The notes under the pieces were generated by a model, which was not told the DNA's origin, ran no database searches, and saw only the letters and a program-made list of their open reading frames with translations. A stretch of DNA of 64,000 nt, taken from Novosphingobium sp. Its GTDB lineage: Bacteria > Pseudomonadota > Alphaproteobacteria > Sphingomonadales > Sphingomonadaceae. Each line of letters opens with the position of its first letter. Positions within the stretch are counted from its first letter, which is position 1. The stretch lies in the NCBI RefSeq assembly GCF_031417815.1, contig NZ_JANOWI010000035.1:10447-74446 (forward strand), read 5' to 3'. This document shows, one piece after another, positions 1 to 8,791 of this stretch. The position numbers were made by a program, and so were the translations under genes.

Positions 1-33
1 CGCAGCGAGTTCGATCTGGCCGGGTTCAATCAT
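1..33 (-). CDS. 5' end of a gene running off the left edge (MIEPGQIELAA...), partial
   Basis: ATG at 33-31 overlaps the TGA stop (32-30) of the upstream minus-strand gene (ATGA coupling); frame open to position 1. Confidence 0.5.
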   Translation of the reverse strand, partial: MIEPGQIELAA

Positions 34-767
34 GTTGCGTCTCCCTGGGCCAGGACCGGGGTGCCGACCGGCGCGCTGGCTTCGCCGGTTTCGATCCGGA
101 TGGCGAGGTTAATCTCGGGAGCGGTAAATACGGGGTGCGAAGCATGCGTCAGTGCGCCCGGACCCACCGCGATTTCGCAACCAATTGTGGGCCTGGGCCA
201 AAACCAGCGCCGTGCCAGTTCGGCCAATCCGCCTGCAGCACCCGCGACGATCAGCCACACCCACCACGGCAACAGCCCCCAAGGCAAAGTGGGGCCATGT
301 GCCGGGCCGCTCAAGTCAGCCGGTAATGGCTCGGCAACCGGGACCGATGGTTGCGGCAGCGGCTCGGCAACGGTGGCAAGCGGGGTTGGCGTCGTACCCG
401 TCGCCGCGCTTGCTGCAGGTTCCACCTTGCCTGGCTGCGGGGCGAGGGTGGGTGAGGGACTGACAACACCGGCAGGCTTTGTGGTCGGCACCGGCCGCGG
501 CGTTGGTGCAGGATAGAGCGTCGGTACCGCGGTGGGTGTCGCAGTTGCCTGAAAGGTCGGGGTCGGGGTCGGGAACGCCGTCGGGCTGGGCTTGGGCTTG
601 ATCATCCCCTTGATCACCCCGATCACCTGCTCCGGCGACACCGTGGGCTTGGTCTGCGGATCGCGCGGCGGAGCGGTTGTCCCAGTATCGGTGGTTTGTG
701 CGGCCAGCGGTGCGGCCACCACCAGCGCTGCGGCAGCCAGGCCGACACCGGCACATCGATAATACAT
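30..767 (-). CDS. Secreted/membrane-anchored Pro/Thr-rich hypothetical protein
   Basis: Signal peptide (AGVGLAAAALVVAAPLAA-Q), long PT/PA-rich linker, TM segment (WGLLPWWVWLIVAGAAGGLA); start taken at MYYRC (767) rather than 815. Confidence 0.6.
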   Translation of the reverse strand: MYYRCAGVGLAAAALVVAAPLAAQTTDTGTTAPPRDPQTKPTVSPEQVIGVIKGMIKPKPSPTAFPTPTPTFQATATPTAVPTLYPAPTPRPVPTTKPAGVVSPSPTLAPQPGKVEPAASAATGTTPTPLATVAEPLPQPSVPVAEPLPADLSGPAHGPTLPWGLLPWWVWLIVAGAAGGLAELARRWFWPRPTIGCEIAVGPGALTHASHPVFTAPEINLAIRIETGEASAPVGTPVLAQGDAT

Positions 768-856
768 CGCAAAGCCCCCTCTGGCGTGCAGCCTAACACG
801 ATCTGCAACTGGCACAAACCTTGTGCGCTGCGGCTGCAGCCGCTATCGCGCCGGCG

Positions 857-2389
857 ATGAAACACGCACTGTCTGTCACTCGCCAACAAGACTTCGCCGC
901 CTGGTATCAGGAAGTTATCGCCGAGGCTGAAATGGCCGAAGAAAGCGGCGTGCGCGGCTGCATGGTGATCCGCCCGTGGGGCTATGGCATCTGGGAACGG
1001 ATCCAGAAACTGATGGACGCGCGGATCAAGGCGGCCGGCGTCGACAATTGCTATTTTCCGCTGTTCATTCCGCTGAGCTATTTCGCCAAGGAGGCCGAGC
1101 ACGTTGAGGGCTTTGCCAAGGAAATGGCTGTTGTCACCCATCATCGCCTGATTCAGGATGGCAAGGGTGGGCTGGTGCCCGATCCCGAAGCAAAACTGGA
1201 AGAACCGCTGATCGTGCGGCCAACCTCCGAAACCGTGATTGGCCAGGCGATGGCGCGCTGGATCCAGTCGTGGCGCGATCTGCCGATGCTGACCAACCAG
1301 TGGGCCAATGTCGTGCGCTGGGAGATGCGCACACGGATGTTCCTGCGGACCAGCGAATTTCTCTGGCAGGAAGGCCATACCGCCCACGCCGACAAGCCCG
1401 ATGCGATGGCCGAAACGCTGCGCGCGCTTGAAATGTACCGCGCGCACGCCGAGCAGGAACTGGCGATGCCGGTCTTCGCTGGCGAAAAGCCTGAGAACGA
1501 GCGCTTCCCCGGCGCAGTCGCCACCTATTCGATCGAAGCAATGATGCAGGACGGCAAGGCGCTGCAGGCCGGGACCAGCCATTACCTCGGCACTGGCTTC
1601 GCCGAGGCTGCGGGCATCCGCTATCAGGACCGCGAGGGCCAGCAGGCTCTGTGTCACACCACCAGCTGGGGCGTATCGACGCGCCTCATCGGCGGGGTGA
1701 TCATGGTCCACGGCGATGACGATGGCCTGCGCGTGCCGCCCGCAATTGCCCCGCACCAGGTGGTGATCCTGCCGATGCTGCGCGATGATCTCGGCGATGA
1801 AGTGCTGCTGGCGTACTGCGAAGCGCTGCGGGCGGCGCTGGCCGGGCAGAACGCGCTGGGCGAGCCGATCCGCGTGCTGCTCGACAAGCGCGCTGGCAAG
1901 GCCACGCAAAAGCGCTGGGGCTGGGTGAAAAAAGGGGTGCCGCTGATCCTCGAAATTGGCGGGCGGGATGCCGCTGGCGGACAGGTTTCGGTGGTCCGCC
2001 GTGACCGGCTCTACCGCGACGACGGCAAGGTCAACTTTGTCGGTCAGGATCGTGACCAGTTCCTCGCCCAGGCGGCGGCTGAACTGACGGACATTCAAAG
2101 CAGCCTGCTGGGCGAAGCCACCCAGCGCCGCGATGCCCAGATCAGCCGTGATGTATCCGATATGGCCGGGCTTGAAGCCTACTTCGCCGAAAGCAACCGT
2201 TACCCCGGCTGGGTCGAACTTGGCTGGTCGCGGCCCACCGGGGCGGCGCTTGATGCCGTGGTGCAAAAACTCAAGACGCTCAAACTGACAATCCGCAACA
2301 CCCCGATGGACGGCGCAGCGGTTTCAGGCACTTGCCTGCTCACCGGCGCGCCTGCCGTAGAGCGGATTTACGTAGCGCGGGCTTACTGA
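857..2389 (+). CDS. proS: Prolyl-tRNA synthetase, archaeal/eukaryote-like type
   Basis: DFAAWYQEVI..AE, VRGCMVIRPWGY, RPTSET, WANVVRWEMRTRMFLRTSEFLWQEGHT, QAGTSHYLG, TSWGVSTR; C-terminal ...VARAY. Confidence 0.95.
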   Translation: MKHALSVTRQQDFAAWYQEVIAEAEMAEESGVRGCMVIRPWGYGIWERIQKLMDARIKAAGVDNCYFPLFIPLSYFAKEAEHVEGFAKEMAVVTHHRLIQDGKGGLVPDPEAKLEEPLIVRPTSETVIGQAMARWIQSWRDLPMLTNQWANVVRWEMRTRMFLRTSEFLWQEGHTAHADKPDAMAETLRALEMYRAHAEQELAMPVFAGEKPENERFPGAVATYSIEAMMQDGKALQAGTSHYLGTGFAEAAGIRYQDREGQQALCHTTSWGVSTRLIGGVIMVHGDDDGLRVPPAIAPHQVVILPMLRDDLGDEVLLAYCEALRAALAGQNALGEPIRVLLDKRAGKATQKRWGWVKKGVPLILEIGGRDAAGGQVSVVRRDRLYRDDGKVNFVGQDRDQFLAQAAAELTDIQSSLLGEATQRRDAQISRDVSDMAGLEAYFAESNRYPGWVELGWSRPTGAALDAVVQKLKTLKLTIRNTPMDGAAVSGTCLLTGAPAVERIYVARAY

Positions 2390-2390
2390 T

Positions 2391-4649
2391 TTGGCGCGCG
2401 ATGCCAAACCCCAGCCCGGGCTGCCGACCCGCAAACAGATCCTTGAGTTCATCGCCAGCAGCGCCGAACCTGCCGGTAAGCGCGAGCTTTCGCGCGCCTT
2501 CGGGCTGAAGGGGCAGGAAAAGATCGCGCTCAAGGCCTTGCTCAAGGACATGGCCGATGAAGGCCTGATCGATGGCAACCGCAGTGCGTTCCACGCCATG
2601 GGCGGGGTGCCCAAGGTGACCGTGCTGCGCGTCACCGATATCGACGAAGGCGAAGCTGTGGCCGTGCCCGATGCCTGGTCGCCCGGTGATGCCACCGCGC
2701 CGCCGCGCATTCGCCTCCGTGAAAAAAAGGGCCGCGGCTCGGCGCTGCGAAAGGGCGACCGGGTGCTGGCCCGCACCGAAGAAACCGCCACCGGCTGGAT
2801 CGCCCACCCGATGAAAGTGCTGCCCGCGCACGCCGACCAGATCATGGGCGTGGTCGAGATCGACAAGGCCGGCAAGGGCTGGCTCGCACCGGTTGACAAG
2901 CGCGAGCGGCATTCGAGCATGATCGTCGATCTGGGCGGGGCTGAGGAAGGGCAGTTGGTGTTGGCCGAGCCGGTCGGCCGCAGCCCGCGTTCGGGCGTCA
3001 AGGTCACCACGGTGCTTGGCGATCCGCTCGCTCCCAAGGCGTTCAGCCTGATCGCAATTCACAAGCACGGCATACCGTTCGCGTTCAATCCCGAAGCGGT
3101 AACCGAAGCTGGAATTGCCGCGAAACTGCCGGTCAGTGCCGAAACCCGCGAGGATTTGCGCGCGCTGCCGATCGTGGCGATCGATCCCGCCGATGCGCGC
3201 GATCATGACGATGCGATCTGGGCCGAGCCTGACGGGCAGGGCGGTTTCCGTGCGCTGATCGCGATTGCCGATGTCAGCTATTATGTCCGCCACGGCAGCG
3301 CGCTCGATGGTGATGCCCGCAAGCGCGCCAATTCGGTCTACTTCCCCGACCGGGTGGTGCCGATGCTGCCCGAAGTGCTGTCGGCCGATGTCTGTTCGCT
3401 GAAAGCCGGGGCTGACCGCGCGGCGATGGCGTGCCACCTCGAATTCACTGCCGAGGGCAAGGTGACGTCATGGCGTTTCACCAGGGCAATTGTGCGAATT
3501 CACGAGGTTATCGCCTATGAAGAAGCGCAGCGCCGGATCGATGCAGGTGAGGGCGAAGGCCACCTGTACAACCTGTGGGCCGCCTGGCGCGCGCTGGAAA
3601 CGGCCCGCAAGGCACGCGATCCGCTGGCGCTCGAGCTGCCCGAGCGGCGGGTGCTGCTGGGCGATGATGGCAAGATCAAGGAAATAGCGCTGCGCGAACG
3701 GCTTGACGCGCACCGGGTGGTGGAAGAGTTCATGATTTCGGCCAATGTTGCCGCGGCCAAGGCGCTTGAAGCTAAGGTCGCACCGGTGGTCTACCGCCTG
3801 CACGAACCGCCCAGCCGGGAAAAGCTGACCGCGCTCAAGGATTACCTCGCAACCTTCGACAAGAAGCTGTCACTGGGCCAGGTGGTCACCCCCACATTGT
3901 TCAATCGAATGCTCAAGGATGTGGCAGATGAGTCTGAAAAGGCTTTGATTATGGAAGCGGTGCTGCGCAGCCAGACGCAGGCCTATTACGGCCCGCGGAA
4001 CATGGGCCATTTCGGTCTGGCGCTGGCCAGCTATGCCCATTTCACCTCGCCGATCCGCCGCTATTCGGATCTGCTGGTTCACCGCGCGCTGGTCGATGCC
4101 TATGGGCTGGAACAGCCCCGGCCCAAAGCCGATCTGCCTGCCACATCGGGGCTGGCTGACCGCGACCGGGCGGATCTGACCCGCGTTTCCGAAGCGATCA
4201 GCGATGCCGAGCGCCGCGCCATGTCGGCCGAACGCGAAACGATCGACCGCTACGTTGCCGCCTGGCTGTCATCGCGGGTGGGCGAAGTATTCGAATGCCG
4301 GATCACTGGCGTCCAGCGCTTCGGGCTGTTTGCAACGATCATCGGGCTGGGCGGTGATGGGCTGGTGCCGGTTTCGGTGCTGGGCGACGAACGCTTTTTC
4401 CATGATGAGAAAAGTAAGGTGCTGGAAGGCGAGCGGAGCGGCACACGCTTTGGTTTGGGCCACCGGATGAAGCTGCGCCTGGCCGAGGCCAATCCGCTGA
4501 CGGGTGCACTCAAATTCGAACCCGAGTTCGGTTCAGGATTGATGATAGAACCGCGCGGCAAACCTCTGCTATCGAAGCAGAAGGGGAAGCACATTGCCGG
4601 CCAGCGCGGACGCCCGGGCAATATCCGCCACCAGGGCCGGAAGCGTTAG
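2391..4649 (+). CDS. rnr: Ribonuclease R (RNB family, C-terminal S1 domain)
   Basis: IDPADARDHDDAI, IADVSYYV, SVYFPDRVVPMLP, HFTSPIRRYSDL; S1 domain near the C-terminus. Confidence 0.93.
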   Translation: MARDAKPQPGLPTRKQILEFIASSAEPAGKRELSRAFGLKGQEKIALKALLKDMADEGLIDGNRSAFHAMGGVPKVTVLRVTDIDEGEAVAVPDAWSPGDATAPPRIRLREKKGRGSALRKGDRVLARTEETATGWIAHPMKVLPAHADQIMGVVEIDKAGKGWLAPVDKRERHSSMIVDLGGAEEGQLVLAEPVGRSPRSGVKVTTVLGDPLAPKAFSLIAIHKHGIPFAFNPEAVTEAGIAAKLPVSAETREDLRALPIVAIDPADARDHDDAIWAEPDGQGGFRALIAIADVSYYVRHGSALDGDARKRANSVYFPDRVVPMLPEVLSADVCSLKAGADRAAMACHLEFTAEGKVTSWRFTRAIVRIHEVIAYEEAQRRIDAGEGEGHLYNLWAAWRALETARKARDPLALELPERRVLLGDDGKIKEIALRERLDAHRVVEEFMISANVAAAKALEAKVAPVVYRLHEPPSREKLTALKDYLATFDKKLSLGQVVTPTLFNRMLKDVADESEKALIMEAVLRSQTQAYYGPRNMGHFGLALASYAHFTSPIRRYSDLLVHRALVDAYGLEQPRPKADLPATSGLADRDRADLTRVSEAISDAERRAMSAERETIDRYVAAWLSSRVGEVFECRITGVQRFGLFATIIGLGGDGLVPVSVLGDERFFHDEKSKVLEGERSGTRFGLGHRMKLRLAEANPLTGALKFEPEFGSGLMIEPRGKPLLSKQKGKHIAGQRGRPGNIRHQGRKR

Positions 4650-5098
4650 CTCAGTCGCTCGATCGCTGCTTCGCTGAGCCCTGCGGGAATGACATAGAGC
4701 GGGCAGGGCAGTTGCCCCGCGGCGGCCGCGAAATGCGATACCAACGGGCCCGGTCCGCCATTGCTCGCCGCCCCCAGGACCAGCGCCGACACCTCGGGAT
4801 GTTCGGTGAGGTAATCGCGAATTACCGCCACACCCTCGCCTTGCTTGACCGCAATGACCGGCGGTTTTCCAGTTCCGCCCATCAGGCTTCCGGCTGCCGA
4901 AGTAACCAGGGCTTCAGCGCGCGCGCGGGCTTCTTCTTCGATCGTCGCCTGAATTCCGCCGAAGGCCACGAATTGCTGGCGCGGCACCAAGGCCAGCAGA
5001 TGGACCATACCGCCGGTACGCTGGGCACGGCTTGCCGCAAAACGCAGCGCAGTTGCAGCCTCCTCGGTCTCGTCCATGATCACCAGATATACGCGCAT
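4646..5098 (-). CDS. Universal stress protein (UspA-like)
   Basis: 150 aa; YLVIMDETEE..ALRFA N-terminus, LVLGA motif, PLYVIP end. Confidence 0.8.
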   Translation of the reverse strand: MRVYLVIMDETEEAATALRFAASRAQRTGGMVHLLALVPRQQFVAFGGIQATIEEEARARAEALVTSAAGSLMGGTGKPPVIAVKQGEGVAVIRDYLTEHPEVSALVLGAASNGGPGPLVSHFAAAAGQLPCPLYVIPAGLSEAAIERLS

Positions 5099-5228
5099 CC
5101 TCGCCCTTTCCCCGCCAGCGACGAAATATCTGCTACAAACCTATTCAGCGCAAGCATCTTGCCCAATGCCGACATTTTGGCCAGAGACGTAGCGTCAGAT
5201 TGCCGATCAACAAGGATCAGTCGCCAAC

Positions 5229-6461
5229 ATGCCGATTGCCATCAAGATGCCCGCACTTTCGCCAACCATGGAGGAAGGGACACTGGCCAAATGGCTGGTC
5301 AAAGTGGGCGACACGGTCCGTTCCGGCGATATCATGGCCGAGATCGAGACCGACAAGGCAACGATGGAATTCGAGGCTGTTGACGAGGGCACAATCATCG
5401 CAATCGCAGTGGCTGAAGGCACCGAAAGCGTCAAAGTCGGTACCGTTATCGCCACTTTGGCCGGAGAGGATGAGGATACCGCTGTGCCTGCGCCCAAGGC
5501 GTCCGCTGCAAAGCCCGAACCCGTTGCCGCAGCACCGATCACGATGAAGCCAGTTCCGGCTGCTCCTTCCCCCATCGGGGACCGCGTCGTCGCCTCGCCG
5601 CTTGCCAAACGGATTGCTGAGCAGAACGGCGTCGACCTGAAAGCGCTGAAGGGCAGCGGGCCGGGCGGACGGATCGTCAAGGCTGATGTCGAAAGCCAGG
5701 CGGGCAAGGCTTCCCCCACGCCTCTGGCTGCAGCGACCAGCGCACCAGCGCCCGCAGTGCCTGATTTCGGCATTCCTTACGAAGCCGAAAAGCTCAACAA
5801 CGTGCGCAAGACGATCGCGCGGCGGCTTACCGAAGCCAAGCAGACCATCCCGCATATCTATCTGACCGTCGATGTGCGGCTCGATGCGCTGCTCAAGCTG
5901 CGCGGTGAACTTAACAAGGCGCTTGAAGCAGATGGGATAAAGCTGTCTGTCAATGATCTTTTGATCAAGGCTTTGGCCAAGGCACTGATCCGCGTCCCCA
6001 AGTGCAATGTCAGTTTTGCTGGTGACGAATTGCGCAAATACGCGCGCGCCGACGTGTCGGTGGCGGTGGCAGCGCCTTCGGGTCTGATCACACCGATCAT
6101 CGTTGATGCAGCGGGCAAGGGCGTGGCCCAGATCAGCACCGAAATGAAGGCGCTGGCCGACAAGGCCCGCGAAGGCAAGCTGATGCCGCACGAATACCAG
6201 GGCGGCACGGCCAGCCTTTCAAACCTCGGCATGTTCGGGATCAAGCAGTTTGATGCGGTGATCAATCCGCCCCAGGCGATGATCATGGCGGTGGGCGCGG
6301 GCGAGCAACGGCCTTACGTCGTCGATGGTGCGCTTTCGGTCGCCAGCGTGATGTCTGCCACTGGCAGCTTCGATCACCGCGCAATCGACGGTGCTGATGG
6401 CGCACAATTGATGCAAGCGTTCAAGAGCCTGATCGAAAATCCGCTGGGTTTACTGGCCTGA
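5229..6461 (+). CDS. pdhC: Pyruvate dehydrogenase E2, dihydrolipoamide acetyltransferase
   Basis: Lipoyl domain [19 protein letters not shown]3-binding [21 protein letters not shown], catalytic SFDHRAIDG. Confidence 0.95.
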   Translation: MPIAIKMPALSPTMEEGTLAKWLVKVGDTVRSGDIMAEIETDKATMEFEAVDEGTIIAIAVAEGTESVKVGTVIATLAGEDEDTAVPAPKASAAKPEPVAAAPITMKPVPAAPSPIGDRVVASPLAKRIAEQNGVDLKALKGSGPGGRIVKADVESQAGKASPTPLAAATSAPAPAVPDFGIPYEAEKLNNVRKTIARRLTEAKQTIPHIYLTVDVRLDALLKLRGELNKALEADGIKLSVNDLLIKALAKALIRVPKCNVSFAGDELRKYARADVSVAVAAPSGLITPIIVDAAGKGVAQISTEMKALADKAREGKLMPHEYQGGTASLSNLGMFGIKQFDAVINPPQAMIMAVGAGEQRPYVVDGALSVASVMSATGSFDHRAIDGADGAQLMQAFKSLIENPLGLLA

Positions 6462-6610
6462 TCGAAGCCTCGTCGGCGTGTCTTGAAAACCACAGTGGGA
6501 AGTGAATTTTCGTTATTGACCATTGTCTTGCGCGTTACCCCCATTGGCGAGACCGGTTTATCGGATATACTGCCCCCACGCCACATTTTTGGGCGTTTTG
6601 AGGAGGGAAA

Positions 6611-7246
6611 ATGCGTAAAGTTCTTTTCGTCGCACTCGTTCTTGGGGCGGCTCCGGCCTATGCACAGGATGGCGATGCCAAGATCGGCGGTGCCCGCATC
6701 GAAGTGCGCGCCGGGATCGAACGCCCGAACCTGAGCGATACCCAAAGCGGCACGACCTATGTCGATACGCTGGGCTCGGGCGTAACCTATGGCGGTGAGC
6801 TGGGCTATGACATCCCGGTCGGCCGGAACCTGACGGTCGGCCCCTATGTCGGGATCGATGCCGGCGGTGCCGACAAGTGCGAGACCTATACCGACGTGGG
6901 GATCAACGGCACGGCCTGCTTCAAGGCCAACACCAACCTTACCGCCGGCGTCCGCGTCGCCTATGCCACGCCGAAGACCGAGCTTTATCTCGGTCTTGGC
7001 TATGACAGCTATGACCTTGATTTCTCGATCCGCGAGACCGCTGTGGTCGGCGGGGCAACCGTGTTCAGCTATGATAACAATGGCGCACGCGGCGGCCTCG
7101 ATGTGTCACTTGGCGCGAACTTCACCGTTGCCAGGAACGCCTACATCGGCGTCGGCATGAAGGTTGGCGAACTCGGCGAATTCGAGAACACCGGCTTCAG
7201 CCTGCAGCGCTTCCAGGGCCATCTCGCCCTCGGCCTGCGCTTCTGA
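6611..7246 (+). CDS. Outer-membrane beta-barrel protein (small porin/OmpA-TM-like)
   Basis: RBS GAGGAGG, signal peptide (..APAYA-Q), alternating beta-strands (GVTYGGELGYD), C-terminal ALGLRF ending in Phe. Confidence 0.85.
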   Translation: MRKVLFVALVLGAAPAYAQDGDAKIGGARIEVRAGIERPNLSDTQSGTTYVDTLGSGVTYGGELGYDIPVGRNLTVGPYVGIDAGGADKCETYTDVGINGTACFKANTNLTAGVRVAYATPKTELYLGLGYDSYDLDFSIRETAVVGGATVFSYDNNGARGGLDVSLGANFTVARNAYIGVGMKVGELGEFENTGFSLQRFQGHLALGLRF

Positions 7247-7254
7247 TACCCCGC

Positions 7255-7290
7255 GCTCCTGCGGCGGCGTGATCCGCCGCAGGAGCCTTT
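7255..7290 (+). terminator. 13-bp perfect GC hairpin after the OMP gene, short T tail
   Basis: GCTCCTGCGGCGG-cgtgat-CCGCCGCAGGAGC followed by CTTT. Confidence 0.6.
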
Positions 7291-7307
7291 GACTGCCAGG
7301 GAGCACC

Positions 7308-8717
7308 ATGAGCGATTACGACGTCATTATTCTGGGATCCGGCCCTGGCGGCTATGTAGCGGCGATCCGCTGTGCGCAGCTTGGTTTGAAGACGGCAATC
7401 GTCGAACGCGAAAACCTAGGCGGTATCTGTCTCAACTGGGGCTGCATTCCGACCAAGGCGCTGCTGCGTTCGGCTGAAGTGTTTCACAATATGAAACATG
7501 CTGCGGCCTATGGCCTGGCGGCGGACAACATCCGGGCCGATCTGGACGCGGTGGTCAAGCGCAGCCGCGGCGTGGCCATGCAGCTTAACCAGGGCGTCAC
7601 GCACCTGATGAAAAAGAACAAGATCGCCGTGCACATGGGTGACGGCACGCTGCTGGGCGGCGGAAAGCTTGAAGTGAAGGGCGAAAAGAGCAGCGCAACG
7701 CTCAGCGCCAAGCACATCATCGTCGCCACCGGCGCCCGCGCCCGCGATCTGCCGTTTGCGCCGGCCGACGGCAAGCGGGTCTGGACCTACCGGCACGCTA
7801 TGGTTCCGGGCGAGCTCCCGGGCAAATTGCTGGTCATCGGATCAGGCGCGATCGGCATCGAATTCGCCAGTTTCTACAATGATATGGGCAGCGAAGTTAC
7901 CGTTGTCGAGATGATGGACCGGATCGTTCCGGTGGAAGATGCGGATGTATCCGCGTTCCTCGAAAGAGCGTTGGCCAAGCAGGGCATGACCATCTTGACC
8001 GGGGCAGGGGTGGAGGCACTTGCAGTCACAAGCAAGGGCGTGAAGGCCAAGCTCAAGGGCAAGGACGGGGCGACCACGGAGCAAGACTTCAGCCATGTGA
8101 TCGTGGCGGTTGGCATCGTGCCAAACACTGAGAATATTGGCCTTGAAGCCGTTGGAATCAAATCTGAACGCGGCATTATTGCAATCGATGGGATGGGCCG
8201 GACCAATGTTGCCGGGATCTGGGCGATCGGCGATGTCACGCCGGGCCCGTGGCTGGCGCACAAGGCCAGCCACGAAGGCGTGATCGCTGCCGAAGCCATT
8301 GCCCAGGCGCTGGGGAACAAGGATGTCCATCCGCACGCGATGGACAAGCTTAACATCCCGGGCTGCACCTATTGCCATCCGCAAGTCGCCTCGGTCGGCC
8401 TGACCGAAGCCAAGGCCAAGGAAGCTGGCTACACGGTCAAGTCCGGCACTTTCCCGTTCATCGGTAATGGCAAGGCAATCGCGCTCGGTGAGCCCGAGGG
8501 CTTCATCAAAACGGTATTCGATGCCAAGACCGGCGAACTGCTGGGCGCGCACATGGTCGGCGCAGAAGTGACCGAGCTGATCCAGGGCTATGTCGTGGGC
8601 AAGACGCTTGAAACCACCGAGGCCGAGCTGATGGCCACGGTGTTCCCGCACCCGACGCTATCCGAAATGATGCACGAAAGCGTGCTGGCCGCCTATGGCC
8701 GGGCCTTGCATATCTAG
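7308..8717 (+). CDS. lpdA: Dihydrolipoyl dehydrogenase (E3)
   Basis: GSGPGGYVAAIR, redox disulfide GGICLNWGCIPTK, GSGAIGIE, HPTLSE. Confidence 0.96.
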   Translation: MSDYDVIILGSGPGGYVAAIRCAQLGLKTAIVERENLGGICLNWGCIPTKALLRSAEVFHNMKHAAAYGLAADNIRADLDAVVKRSRGVAMQLNQGVTHLMKKNKIAVHMGDGTLLGGGKLEVKGEKSSATLSAKHIIVATGARARDLPFAPADGKRVWTYRHAMVPGELPGKLLVIGSGAIGIEFASFYNDMGSEVTVVEMMDRIVPVEDADVSAFLERALAKQGMTILTGAGVEALAVTSKGVKAKLKGKDGATTEQDFSHVIVAVGIVPNTENIGLEAVGIKSERGIIAIDGMGRTNVAGIWAIGDVTPGPWLAHKASHEGVIAAEAIAQALGNKDVHPHAMDKLNIPGCTYCHPQVASVGLTEAKAKEAGYTVKSGTFPFIGNGKAIALGEPEGFIKTVFDAKTGELLGAHMVGAEVTELIQGYVVGKTLETTEAELMATVFPHPTLSEMMHESVLAAYGRALHI

Positions 8718-8751
8718 GCCCGCAAGGGATTTTCGGAATTAATTCGCACAC

Positions 8752-8770
8752 TTAATTGGCCATTTACCAT
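8752..8770 (+). promoter_or_regulatory. Candidate CtrA-like box upstream of the DUF11 cluster
   Basis: TTAA-ttggcca-TTTACCAT = TTAA-N7-TTAAC with one mismatch; an extra TTAA at 8739-8742. Confidence 0.35.
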
Positions 8771-8791
8771 TCGCTGTCAGTAGAACTGCGG

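Noticed and set aside
810-824. TGGCAC-AAACC-TTGT, sigma-54-like site before proS
   Set aside because: The invariant -12 GC is TTGT rather than TTGC, and a housekeeping synthetase is an unlikely sigma-54 target.
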